Shown: positions 31,076 to 42,100 of the stretch, piece by piece
Position numbering within the stretch: the stretch's first letter is position 1
Layout of the letters: every line of letters begins with the position of its first letter
Source: Malassezia furfur
Taxonomy: Eukaryota
Reading direction: 5' to 3' (one strand)
Assembly (NCBI GenBank): GCA_052055015.1
Contig: JBQJIT010000028.1
DNA length: 50,563 bases
Position numbers and translations under genes: made by a program
Notes under the pieces: model-generated
Seen by the model: only the letters and a program-made list of their open reading frames with translations
What the model was told of the DNA's origin: nothing
Databases searched by the model: none

Positions 31076-34000
31076 ATGAGTGTGTCTTCCGTTTCGGCAG
31101 TGTGGCACATTGCATACCACGCGGCCCCTGCACTCGTCACCGTTGGCCCGGACAATGCCTATGTTGCGTTGGAACGTGCCGAGAAACCGGTGTGGGAGCA
31201 GCTGAGTGTCGCGGCCGAGGTTGGCTCGGTCGTGCAAAATATGGTGCGTGCGACGCCCGAGCGCCCTCTCGCGGTGCTGCTTGAGGCCTCCCCGTCGGTT
31301 CTTTTGCGTCTCGTGCCCCACCTCCCGGCGCTTGCCAAGACACCGGTGGTGTTCCATATCGCAACGCGTGGTGACCATGCCGACGTCCTGCTGCTGCGCC
31401 AGAGCGGCATGACGATGTTCTATGCCAGCAACGCTGCGCAGGCGCAGGATTATGCACTTGCAGCGCACGAGCTTGCCGCGCGCACTTCGACAGGCGTGAT
31501 CCACTTTTTCGACGCGAGCGACGCCAACGTCTCGCTTCTGAGTAGCGATGCGCTGAGCGCCGTCCCGCGCAGTGCCGTTGAGGCACCATGCGATGGTTCG
31601 GCGATCGATGCGGCCCTCGCCGAGGCGTCCAAGTTCGTGAAGCACGATGTGCGTGCGTATCAAGTATGGAATGCGTCGGCGTCGGCGACGTCGTGCGCCG
31701 TGGCGCTAGGCCCTGTTGAGGCGCTTGCCAAGGCGGCTACGTCGGTCCCGATTGTGTCTGTGCATCTCGTGCGCCCGCTACGTGCAGAGCAGCTTGTGCA
31801 ACAGATCCCTGTTACGGTGGAGCGCCTTGCAGTCCTGGAACAGACGGGCAAGCGCACGACGCGCCTGGCGCCGATGTTCATCGATGTCGCGAGTGCTTTC
31901 CAGCACGTTACGGACCGCCAGGTGCCCGCGACGTTTGTGAGTGGCCAGCTCGGCCACGTTGACGCTTCCTCGGCCTCGACCGCAGCGCAGACCCTCGAAA
32001 AGGCGCTGGCGGACAAGACGAACGCGTTTGTGCTGGGCGGTGCACGTCTGGCATCCGCATCGTCGGCGACGCAGGCCGTGGCGCGCCGCGAGCTCGTGCA
32101 TGAGCGTGGCTACGACCAGATGTTGCACCAGATCTTCAAGGAACGTCTCTCTGTCGTCAACCCCCCGAGCGACGACAGCGACCCGGCGGCGAGCAGCCCC
32201 GAGTTTGCATTCGGCAAGGTGCTGTCGCAGATGCGCCGCGAGGACGAGCTCGTATCGCTTGCGCGCTCGGCGATCGATGGTGGCAAGCTGCCCCAGGACG
32301 TGGTGGATGCGCTGCAAGAATGGCTCCGCGTGCGTGCGGACCCGACCAAGGTCCGTGCTGCGAGCGCTGCGGTGCGCGCCGCACTGGGCGGCGCCAAGGT
32401 TTCGGGTGAGAACGAGGCACTCCGCGCGCTCGAGTCCCACCTTGAGCCGCCGAGCCGCTGGATCATCGGCAACGATGCGTGGGCCTACGATGCGGGTATG
32501 GGCGGCGTGCACCATGTGATTGCGTCGCAGCGCAACGTCAACATGCTCGTTTTCGACACGGTCCCCTACTCGGGTCGCGAGAGTGTCCCCGTGCACCAGC
32601 GCAAGAAGGACATTGGTCTGTATGCGATGAACTACGGTAACACCTATGTCGCCAGCACCGCGCTCTACTCGGACTACACACAGGTGCTCCACGCGCTGAT
32701 GGAGGCGGACCGCTTTGATGGCCCTTCGATCGTACTGGCGTACGTGCCCTACCACCGCGCCGATTCGCCGGCGCTCGACGTGCTGCGCGAGACGAAACTT
32801 GCTGTGGACTCGGGCTACTGGCCGCTCTACCGTTGGGACCCGAGCGCCGAGGCGCGCAACGCCGACGTGTTCCGCCTGGACAGTGTGCGTGTGCGCGAGC
32901 AGCTCAAGAGCTTCCTGGACCGACACAACCACTTTAGCCTGCTGGCGAACGCACAACCCGAGCTGCCGTACGACCTGGCCGTATCGCAGGGCACGGCGCT
33001 GCGTGCGCACCAGCAGCGCAAGGCGAAGGAGGCGTACGACAGCCTGCTCGGCTCGCTTGAGGGACCGCCGCTGCTTGTGCTGTTTGCCTCGGACGGCGGC
33101 GGTGCCGAGAAGGCGGCGCGTCGCCTCGCGACGCGCGCCAAGCTGCGTGGCCTCGGTGTGCGCGTGCTTGCAATGGACGACTTCCCGCTGGATGACCTCG
33201 CCTCGGAGAAGAACGTGGTGTTTGTCACCTCGACGGCCGGGCAGGGCGAGCCGCCACAAAATGGGCGGCTGACGTTCAAGGCGCTCGCCAAGTTGCCGGG
33301 CAGTAGCTTCGACGAGGAGACGCGCTTTGGTGTATTCGGCATGGGCGACAGCCACTATTGGCCGCGCCCCGAGGATGCCGGCTTCTACAACAAGCCGGCC
33401 AAGGACCTCGACAAGCGCCTTGCACAGCTCGGTGCGCAGCGCATGGTGCCCCTCGGTCTCGGCGATGACCAGGACGCCGATGGGTGGCAGACCGGCTACA
33501 AGGCTTGGGAGCCGCAGCTCTGGAAGGCGCTCGGGGTGGACCATGTCGAGGTGAAGGAGGCCGAGCCGGAGCCGATCACCAACGAGAACATCAAGATCGC
33601 CAGCAACTACCTGCGCGGCACCATTGTTGAGGGTCTACGCGATACGTCGACGGGCGCGATTGCAGAGTCCGACACGCAGCTCACCAAGTTCCACGGGACG
33701 TACATGCAGTACGACCGCGACACGGTCGAGGAGCGCAAGGCTGCCGGTCTCGAGCCTGCGTACGGCTTCATGATCCGCGTGCGCATGCCCGGTGGTGTGT
33801 GTACGCCGGAACAGTGGCTGCAGCTCGACAGCGTCACGGAGGATTACGGCGGCATCAAGTCGCTCAAGATCACCACGCGTCAGACCGTGCAATACCACAT
33901 GATCCTCAAAAAGGACCTGAAGAGTGCGATGCAGTCGATTAACAAGAGCATGCTCGACACGATCGCCGCATGTGGTGACGTGAACCGCAACGTGATGTGC

Positions 34001-35332
34001 GCGCCGAACCCCAAGCTCAGCGAAGTACACGAACAGACGTACGACTTTGCCAAGAAGCTCTCCGAGTATCTGCTCCCGCGCATGAACGCTTACCATGAGA
34101 TCTGGCTCGACAAAGGTACCGATTCGTCGAGCAAGTTGCTCGTCGGCGGTGCGGTACAGGACTACGAGCCACTCTACGGCCCGTACTACCTCCCGCGCAA
34201 GTTCAAGATTGCGATCGCCGTTCCGCCCCGCAATGACGTCGACGTGTTTGCGAACGACATTGGCCTCATCGCAATTGCCGACCCGCAGAAGAAGACGCTG
34301 CTCGGCTTCAACATCGCGGTCGGCGGTGGTATGGGCGTGACCCACTCGATGAAGGCGACCTACCCGCGCCTCGGCAGCGTGATTGGCTTCTTGCGCCTCG
34401 ACCAGGTGTGCGAGGTATGCCGCGAGGTGATGCTTATCCAACGCGACACGGGCAACCGTCAGAACCGGAAGCAGGCACGCCTGAAGTACACCATCGACAA
34501 GTACTGGGGTGGCGCCGACAACTTCCGCGCCGAGCTCGAGCGCCGCCTGGGATACAAGCTTGAGGACGCCCGGCCCTATAACTTCACCACCAACACGGAC
34601 GACTACGGCTGGGAGCAAGACTTCCGCGGCAAGTGGCACTGCACGCTCTGGCTCGAGAACGGCCGTGTGATCGACGAGCCGGGTAGCCCATTCCGCACGG
34701 GCCTGCGCGAATTGGCCAAGTTCCACAAGGGCACCTTCCGTCTCACCCCGAACCAACACATCATTGTGTCGGACATCGACGAGGCGGACAAGCCGCGCGT
34801 CGAGGCGCACCTGCGCGAGTACAAGATGGACAACTGGAACCAGAGCGGGCTGCGCCTCAGCGCCAGTGCCTGTGTCGCCTTCCCGACTTGTGGATTGGCG
34901 ATGGCCGAGTCGGAGCGCTATATCTTCAAGCTGGTTGACAAAGTGCAGCACATCTACCTGGCCAACGGTCTACGCGACGACGAGATCACTTTCCGCATGA
35001 CTGGCTGTCCGAATGGATGCGCTCGTCCGTGGATCGCCGAGATTGCCTTTGTCGGCAAGGCCCCCGGCACCTACGTCATGCTTTTGGGCGGCGCGCGCAA
35101 CGGCACGCGCCTCAACAAGATCTTCCGCGACAATGTGCAAGAGAAGGAGATTCTGGAGATCCTCGGCATCCTGATTCCGCGCTATGCCCGCGAGCGGCTT
35201 GACGGCGAGCCGTTCGGCGACTGGGTCATTCGCGCTGGGATCATTGCCGAGACGACGTCTGGCGCGGCATTCTATGACAACGTCGACACTGAGTCGCCCT
35301 TGGTGCCTGCGGATGTGCCGCAGGCTGCGTAG
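31076..35332 (+). CDS. MET5: Sulfite reductase (NADPH) beta subunit (PFOR-like, flavodoxin and siroheme/4Fe-4S domains)
   Basis: LAVDSGYWPLYRW; flavodoxin VTSTAGQGEPPQNG and GMGDSHYW; TKFHGTYMQYDRD; ACGDVNRN; SACVAFPTCGLAMAESER; MTGCPNGCARP. Confidence 0.95.
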   Translation: MSVSSVSAVWHIAYHAAPALVTVGPDNAYVALERAEKPVWEQLSVAAEVGSVVQNMVRATPERPLAVLLEASPSVLLRLVPHLPALAKTPVVFHIATRGDHADVLLLRQSGMTMFYASNAAQAQDYALAAHELAARTSTGVIHFFDASDANVSLLSSDALSAVPRSAVEAPCDGSAIDAALAEASKFVKHDVRAYQVWNASASATSCAVALGPVEALAKAATSVPIVSVHLVRPLRAEQLVQQIPVTVERLAVLEQTGKRTTRLAPMFIDVASAFQHVTDRQVPATFVSGQLGHVDASSASTAAQTLEKALADKTNAFVLGGARLASASSATQAVARRELVHERGYDQMLHQIFKERLSVVNPPSDDSDPAASSPEFAFGKVLSQMRREDELVSLARSAIDGGKLPQDVVDALQEWLRVRADPTKVRAASAAVRAALGGAKVSGENEALRALESHLEPPSRWIIGNDAWAYDAGMGGVHHVIASQRNVNMLVFDTVPYSGRESVPVHQRKKDIGLYAMNYGNTYVASTALYSDYTQVLHALMEADRFDGPSIVLAYVPYHRADSPALDVLRETKLAVDSGYWPLYRWDPSAEARNADVFRLDSVRVREQLKSFLDRHNHFSLLANAQPELPYDLAVSQGTALRAHQQRKAKEAYDSLLGSLEGPPLLVLFASDGGGAEKAARRLATRAKLRGLGVRVLAMDDFPLDDLASEKNVVFVTSTAGQGEPPQNGRLTFKALAKLPGSSFDEETRFGVFGMGDSHYWPRPEDAGFYNKPAKDLDKRLAQLGAQRMVPLGLGDDQDADGWQTGYKAWEPQLWKALGVDHVEVKEAEPEPITNENIKIASNYLRGTIVEGLRDTSTGAIAESDTQLTKFHGTYMQYDRDTVEERKAAGLEPAYGFMIRVRMPGGVCTPEQWLQLDSVTEDYGGIKSLKITTRQTVQYHMILKKDLKSAMQSINKSMLDTIAACGDVNRNVMCAPNPKLSEVHEQTYDFAKKLSEYLLPRMNAYHEIWLDKGTDSSSKLLVGGAVQDYEPLYGPYYLPRKFKIAIAVPPRNDVDVFANDIGLIAIADPQKKTLLGFNIAVGGGMGVTHSMKATYPRLGSVIGFLRLDQVCEVCREVMLIQRDTGNRQNRKQARLKYTIDKYWGGADNFRAELERRLGYKLEDARPYNFTTNTDDYGWEQDFRGKWHCTLWLENGRVIDEPGSPFRTGLRELAKFHKGTFRLTPNQHIIVSDIDEADKPRVEAHLREYKMDNWNQSGLRLSASACVAFPTCGLAMAESERYIFKLVDKVQHIYLANGLRDDEITFRMTGCPNGCARPWIAEIAFVGKAPGTYVMLLGGARNGTRLNKIFRDNVQEKEILEILGILIPRYARERLDGEPFGDWVIRAGIIAETTSGAAFYDNVDTESPLVPADVPQAA

Positions 35333-36020
35333 GCACTACATTCTAGCCAAACAATCTCGTCACACACCCTCCCAACGTGCGCACGTGCTCCGTGTCGAGC
35401 GGGGCCGATGCGCCGTGCAACTCCGCAATCTCGCCTCCACGTGGGAAAAGGGACCATCGCGCCTCGCTGCTTTCCCAGAATGATTGGCGAGCGTCTCTGC
35501 GCCCGTGACGATCCTCCACAATGGCGGACTCAGCATCGGTCCAACGACGTTCCTGGTCTGGCCCGTCTGACCGCAGCGGAGTATCACGTGATGAGATGCC
35601 ACGAATGAGAGGCGGGCCGTTTGTTTTTTGCCTTGGAACACGCATGCCTATGCGTGACGTATCACTTTTCTGATGTAGGTCTGACCAATTCGCGCACAGC
35701 ACCAAGTGAAAAACCTCGCGAGGCCGGCTCAGGTCATACCCAACCGCTCAGGTTGGCTATGTCATTTGTTCAAACACAGGCACAGCCGGTTAGGGACATA
35801 CCGCGCGTATACAGGTGCAGATCACTTTTTGTAGTCCAAGGGTAGATCGTCGGTGGATCGAGCGTATCAAAGGATCGGCCTTGCGTGTGCATACATGTGG
35901 CGGATTTCCGTGGCTGCCGGGACACCCTTGTTTGGCTTGGTCGACAGACATAGTTTAAAAAGGCGACTACTGTAGCCGTCGCGGGAACGGTCCCGCTGCC
36001 TTCACATTACTCCGATTGTA

Positions 36021-36845
36021 ATGTTCGCAGCCAAGTCTCTGTTCGCTTTCGTCGCGGCCGCCCTCGCTGTCGTGGGCGTGTCTGCTGACAAGCCTTCCTT
36101 CAGCATTGACGACCTCCCCGACACCTGGGAGGATGGCCAGATTGGTACCAACCAGTGCAAGAAGTGGGGTGCCTCGAACCAAAACTCGTACTGCCAGAAC
36201 GTGTTCATCAACTCGGTGAAGGACTTCTGTCTCTTTGCTCCCCCGTATGGCCAGCACACCGTCGGCGCTTTTGAGGAGAAGATGGTGTCGTACTGTCTTA
36301 AGGAGGGCTACGGTACCCGCCTAATCCCTGACGGCACGCTCAAGAGCGCCTACTTCATCAAGACCGACTCGTTCGTCCAGGTTACGGGTGAGGGTGACTT
36401 CACCAAGATGCACATTCGCAACGCCGACGAAGGTGGTGAGCTCGACCCCCACGGTGCGACGGGCATGGGTAACCCGCCGGGTGGTCTCGTGTTCACGCGC
36501 TCGCAGAAGGGTAACGAAGGCAACTGGGTTCAACTTAAGGAGTGGAACAACTTCATGAGCGCTACCGAGTACTCGATTCGTGGCTGCTGGGGCGACAACG
36601 CTGCTCAGTACTGCCCGCACATCTATGACGAGATGGGCTCCTACTTCAACGAGCCTGGTCGCTACGAGGCTGGCAGCTTCGAGAACTGTGATGCCGACCC
36701 GGGTCACTTCCCTGGTGTGTACCACGGCTCGACCTTCTGGCAGGGCCAGGACCACACGCCGGGTCCGCACAAGCCTGGCTCGAGCTCGAACTGCCACAGC
36801 TACAGCTCGGTCAGCAACGGCTACGCGGTCAAGCCCCTCTACTAA
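36021..36845 (+). CDS. Secreted Cys-rich protein of the MP88 immunoreactive mannoprotein / macrophage-activating glycoprotein family
   Basis: Signal peptide MFAAKSLFAFVAAALAVVGVSA; GTNQC, NSVKDFCLFAPP, GYGTRLIPDGT, GGELDPHGATGMGNPPGGLVF, CPHIYDEMG; strongly biased codon use. Confidence 0.8.
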   Translation: MFAAKSLFAFVAAALAVVGVSADKPSFSIDDLPDTWEDGQIGTNQCKKWGASNQNSYCQNVFINSVKDFCLFAPPYGQHTVGAFEEKMVSYCLKEGYGTRLIPDGTLKSAYFIKTDSFVQVTGEGDFTKMHIRNADEGGELDPHGATGMGNPPGGLVFTRSQKGNEGNWVQLKEWNNFMSATEYSIRGCWGDNAAQYCPHIYDEMGSYFNEPGRYEAGSFENCDADPGHFPGVYHGSTFWQGQDHTPGPHKPGSSSNCHSYSSVSNGYAVKPLY

Positions 36846-37261
36846 ACTACGACAACGATCGCATCGCACTAAAGCTGCTGACGCATGTTGGATACCCATG
36901 AATTCTCTCTTTTACTTTGTGCATTTGGCGCATTTCTTATATCTTGTTGAAAGACATTGGATCTTCCTTTTTTTATATATATGTACGAATCCACCATTGC
37001 GCAGTATACAGAGGATGTGCGTTCGAATGTTCGTTGCTGGTGCACGTTCGTGCTTGTGACACACGTGCTGAGCGTTTCAGCGTGTGTTGTCCGATGCGGT
37101 GTTATCATCGACAACACGCGGGCCAATCAGTGTGTGCATTTCGTTCAGATTAGGGGGCCGTGTACACAAGATGGATTAATTCCAGGTCGATAAAGTGATC
37201 TGTGTACTTTAGAAAGTCTCGTACCTCTCGTCTTCTCACAAGAATCCACTCCTTCATCGCG

Positions 37262-38711
37262 ATGGCTTCTCAATCAGGCCAGACTTTGGGTGCCCAGGAC
37301 AATGCGGTGCTGAGCCAGATCTTGGCTGGCATCACGGATCTTCGTCGCGATGTACGTTTTGTTTGTTGGGGCTAATAAACAGGTGCATCGTGTGACGGAA
37401 CGGCTTGACATGCTCGAGATGCAGCAGCCGCCGACGCCGACGCTGCCTATGTTCTCGCCGAGCATTTCGCCGTCGAAGCGCAATACGTACTTCGCGCACC
37501 AGACATCCCTCAACAGCTGGCATCCGGAGCGGAATCGTCCCGCACCGCCATCTTCCACCCCCGCAGCGCAGATTGCGCCGCCCTCCCCGGTGTCGCTAAA
37601 GGCCACGGATCCGAACCTTGGGCTCTGGGCCGTTGTACCAGCCGGTGGTGCGGGCACGCGTCTCTGGCCCCTGAGTCGTGAGAGCTGCCCCAAGTTTTTG
37701 CTCGACCTCACCGGTCGCGGTCGCACCCTGATCCAAAACACGTGGGACCGCCTGTTGCCGCTTTCGGGTGTGGAGCGTTTTATGGTGGTTACGGGCAATG
37801 CACACGTCGATGCCGTCTCGGAACAGCTCCCGCAGCTTGTCCCCGGCAACGTGTTTGCGGAGCCCTCGCCGAAAGAGTCGATGGCTGCCATCGGTCTGGC
37901 CGCGGCGGTGCTCATGCGCCGTGACCCCAACGCGGTGCTCGGCTCGTTCGCGGCGGACCACATCGTGTCCGGCCGTGATGCGTTTGAGTCTGCAGTGCGG
38001 GAGGCCGTGGCCGTCGCCAAGGAAGGCTTCCTCGTGACGATTGGCATTGCGCCTTCGTACCCCTCCACTGGGTTTGGCTACATCAAGCTTGGCGAGAGTT
38101 TGGAACTGAAGGATGCACCCAACGCGCACAAAGTGCTCGAGTTCAAGGAAAAGCCCGATGCACGCACCGCCAGCGCCTACCTGAGTACCGGTGAGTACCG
38201 CTGGAACGGTGGTATGTTTGTGGTCAAGGCCAAAACGCTCATGTCGCTCCTCGAGGCTAACGTGCCGGAGCTCTACGCGGGTCTCAACACGATTGCCGAT
38301 GCTTGGGATACGCCGAGCCGCCAGCTGGTGCTGAACGAACAGTGGCCGCAGCTGCCCAAAATCGCCATCGATCACGCGGTAGCTGAACCAGCATCGCGGG
38401 TTGGCAAGGTCGCTGTGGTCCCCGCAACCTTCGGTTGGGACGATGTCGGTGACTTTGCCAGTCTCTCGGACTTGTTGCCCGCCGAGAAGAACGAGGCGCG
38501 CGTGCTCGGCGACCCATCGCTGGTGATCACTGAGGGCCAGGTCGGTGGCATTGTGGTGCCAGCATCCGGCCGCCAGATCGCGTGCCTAGGTATGGACGAC
38601 GTCGTGGTCGTCGACACACCCGATGCGTTACTCATCACGACGCGTGCGCGCAGCCAGGATGTGAAAAAGATCGTGGCCAAGTGCAAAAAAGCACACCCAG
38701 AGCTTTGTTAG
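37262..38711 (+). CDS. Mannose-1-phosphate guanylyltransferase, bacterial ManC type (intron 37352-37382)
   Basis: VVPAGGAGTRLWPLSR..PKFLLDL; AEPSPKES; FAADH; STGFGYI; FKEKPD; WNGGMF; WDDVGDF; VVVDTPDALL. A 90-nt first exon is in frame. Confidence 0.9.
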
Positions 38712-38778
38712 AATGGATAGCGTTTAGGGGTGTCGTGCTATCTATATTTGGAAAATACAGACGTTAGGTATCAAACTG

Positions 38779-39058
38779 TCATCCTTGCCGCTTTGGTTAG
38801 TCGTATCGCACATACCTGCTTGTGCTTCGGGTTCTTGTTGCAGATCACGTATAGTCGCCCCTTGCGGCGGACAATGGCGCAGTGGTTGCACTTCCTCTTG
38901 ACCGACGCGCGTACCTTCATCCCGCGTGTCATTTGAGGAACCACGGGCTGCGGCGTGAGAATACGTGGCATCATCGCCGGTGAAGGCATCGCCAGCGCCG
39001 GGAAGGGCCGCGCGGCGACTACTTGCCGGATGAGCGGAACACTGGCGCGGAGAAGCAT
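38779..39058 (-). CDS. RTC6: Mitochondrial ribosomal protein bL36m (intron 38791-38815)
   Basis: Presequence followed by [40 protein letters not shown] stop; splicing restores the canonical KQRQG end. Confidence 0.93.
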
Positions 39059-39114
39059 CGTGGTCGCTCCCAAGAAGACGATCGTCACGTGCCTGGAAAA
39101 GTTGCTCTCTGGCC

Positions 39115-42100
39115 ATGGCGCATGTGCTCGACGCCTGGGGCGTCACGACATCCGAAGCGCTCGTCAAGGCCTTGAAGCGGCCTGACACGGGCAGAGATGG
39201 GAAACCAATGCGAATCGACCTCCTTTTCGAGGCCTGGAATGACAAGTCTATGTATATACCCAAAAAGACCGAGCTGCTCGTCGATGCAGCCATCGAGACG
39301 CTATCGCAGTCGGCCAAGCCTAAGACAAGCAAGCCGTACCACCTGAATCCACGCTATTGGGAGTTTTTGCAGGAGGCGCTCCCGCACGACGCAAGCGACC
39401 TATTGCACGGTCTAGCGGGGAAGTACCATTTTCTGCAGCTGACGTCCCATGTCTTGTCCGATGCAGACGCTTCGTTATGGGCGACAGCTGCACCGGTTTT
39501 GGCACGCATTGTGCGGGCTGGTGTGCGGCGGCACGGTGCAATCCACGTGGATGCGGTCAACGCTTGCTTTGTCGATGTGTTTCGCTCCCTTCCCCGGCTC
39601 TGTGAGGCCACCCAGGTGGGCGTTACCGCCAAATTCCTCACGGCGATGCTCGAGTACTGGCGACCAGCGCTGGAGCTTGGTTCTAATGCAAAGAAGACGT
39701 CCAAATTTTTTGTTCAGGAGTCCCTCGACGCTTTTGCGTCCGCATGGGTCCACGTCGAGGCACTCGATGCTTCCGAGCTTCGTACACTGCTGATGGATCT
39801 GTCAGAGTCCTCGCTGTTCGGGCCACCGACTTTGTCGGGGGGGCGCGAAATGCAGCCGATCCTCGACACGGTGGGTGCTTTGACGACACGGCTCGTCGAG
39901 CGGCTGTCCCACACCATGGTAGTCGTCGCGGCGCTCCCCTGCTTTCTCGCCCAGCTGGTCCACGCCTTGCGCAGCGCAGGTGAGGCATCGGCCCTCTCGG
40001 CCGCACAGCGGCACAGTGTCTTGGAGCTGTACATCGTACCGGTGTGCACCGCCATGCACTCGTGCTTGCACCAAGCGTCGTTTGCGTGCGCCGCGACGAC
40101 GGCGCGCCTTGCACTTGTACGGCAAATTGATGTACTGGCCCTGTTTCAGCCCGGCGCCGACGACACGGTTTGGGCCGCACTGTGGGTGCAATTCTGCACA
40201 GATACCATTGCGTACATGAGGACCCACGAGCGCACGTCGACGTGCTATGCAACGCTATCGGCCCTCTGGGCGGTCTACAGCGACAGCATTGCTCCTCAAC
40301 TAGTCACCATGCTGGCAGAAACGGCATATGCAACAGGCGCCTCCCGGAACGCAGCACAGGATCTCATCCGACTCGTTCTTGATCACCATGCCCAGCTACG
40401 CGAAATGCCGAGCATGGTAGAGATGGCCCGTGATGTGATTGAACGCATCGTAACGACCGCCGACGAAGGCACCCGGCTGGTTCGCAGCCCCTTTTTCTGC
40501 CGAGTCACCTCAGAGCTCTGGGAAAGCCGTTTGCGGGGTGCCACGTCGCACAATCAGGCTGCCCCGCTGCTTCGAGACACATTGCAAATGGCCCAAGCGT
40601 GCCTTGACGCATCGATACCCCAGTTTCTGTGTATGGCGCAGATCCTCGTGCTGGTCACCAAGAGCGTTGGCTTGAACCAAACAGCGGACCTCTTCCCCGA
40701 CCTGGCGGCCATTGCGCAATTGGCTGACCGTTGCACAGAATCGGGCTTACAACCGAGCGGTCCACGTTGCATCGCTGCATCGGCTCTGCGGCTTCGATTC
40801 GTGCTGATGCGTCGCATGTTGCACCATACCCTGGCGCTCGACGAGGCGCTCCCCGACGTTGTAGCACAGCACATGCTGGGCGACATGCGTCCGTACATGG
40901 ATACCACGGAGCCCGAGTTGGCCGTCGAAGCGCTCCGCTCGACGCTAGGCTTAATGGAGCTGCGCCAAGTGCACAACCAGCAGGACAATGAGACGAAGGT
41001 CCTGCTCGTTGCGATGGTCGAGGGTCCGCTGCTGCCGCTGCTGCAACAGCCTGTTCCTGATCCTCTGCCAGCGTGGGACGGCCAGGTGTTTGGTATGCCG
41101 GCAAGTGTACTACCTGTGGCGCTGTGGCGCCTCCTTACGACGCGGTGGGTCGCTGTACTGGATTCGTTGGAGCCTGCGCAGCTGGTGCCGCTGGTGGGCC
41201 ACCTCGAGGCGACCCTGCGCGATCCCGCTTCTTGCCAGGCGCAGCTGAGTCGAGCGGTTGTCCGTAACGCCCAATTCTTGGAGCAACCGCATTGGCGCAC
41301 GGCACTACTTGACTATGTCCTGCATGCCACGTCGTGGATTGACACCGTGCAGCCGCCGTCCGAGCTGCTCCAATCGGATTCTCTGCGTCGCGCCCTGGCG
41401 TCCATGGCCTTGCTGGAAGCACTACCCATTTCGCACCTTCCTCGCAGCAGCCTCGACGTGCTTTTGCCCCGTCTCTCCTGGCTCGATGCGGCGCTGACCA
41501 TACGCCCATCAGTGTCCAGCCTGCCGCTCAAGCAAGTGCTTTACCGTGCATCCAGTACGGTTCATACCCTGCCCCAGATTCTGCCTGTGCCCAAGTATCT
41601 TGAGGCCCTTTGCCGCATCCCCTCGCCCGACCTTACCTTTGTGCAGGCCAGTATGGATTTACTGCGTGCGATGCTCCATCGTGGCGCGCATGATATGACC
41701 CAGCTTCTCCCGTGCCTCACGAAGCTCGATCTGCGCACGGAGATGGCCCAGCAAGCCTTTACTACCGTGGTCGAATGGCTCGCCGAAGCCCAGTATGAGC
41801 TTTCTGCACAGGGCTGCGCACCGTTGCTTCAAGCTGCGTCGCTGCCGGCGATTGGGGACAACTGGAGCGAAGCGGCGGTGCGTAGGACCGCCATGCGCGT
41901 GCGTGCGTTTGCGGCGCTGGTCCGTTTGTGCAAGGCGAGCGATCCCCGAACGGCGGGACCGGACGCAAAGGCGAGTGCACAGCTTGTCGAAGCAGTTGAC
42001 GCCCTCCGTACGGCTTTGCGCTGCCGCACCTTGTCATCGCGTTCCGCCGCTCCCCTCGCCGACGCCGTCTTCTCGGCGCTGCTCGCTCTACACCCCATTG

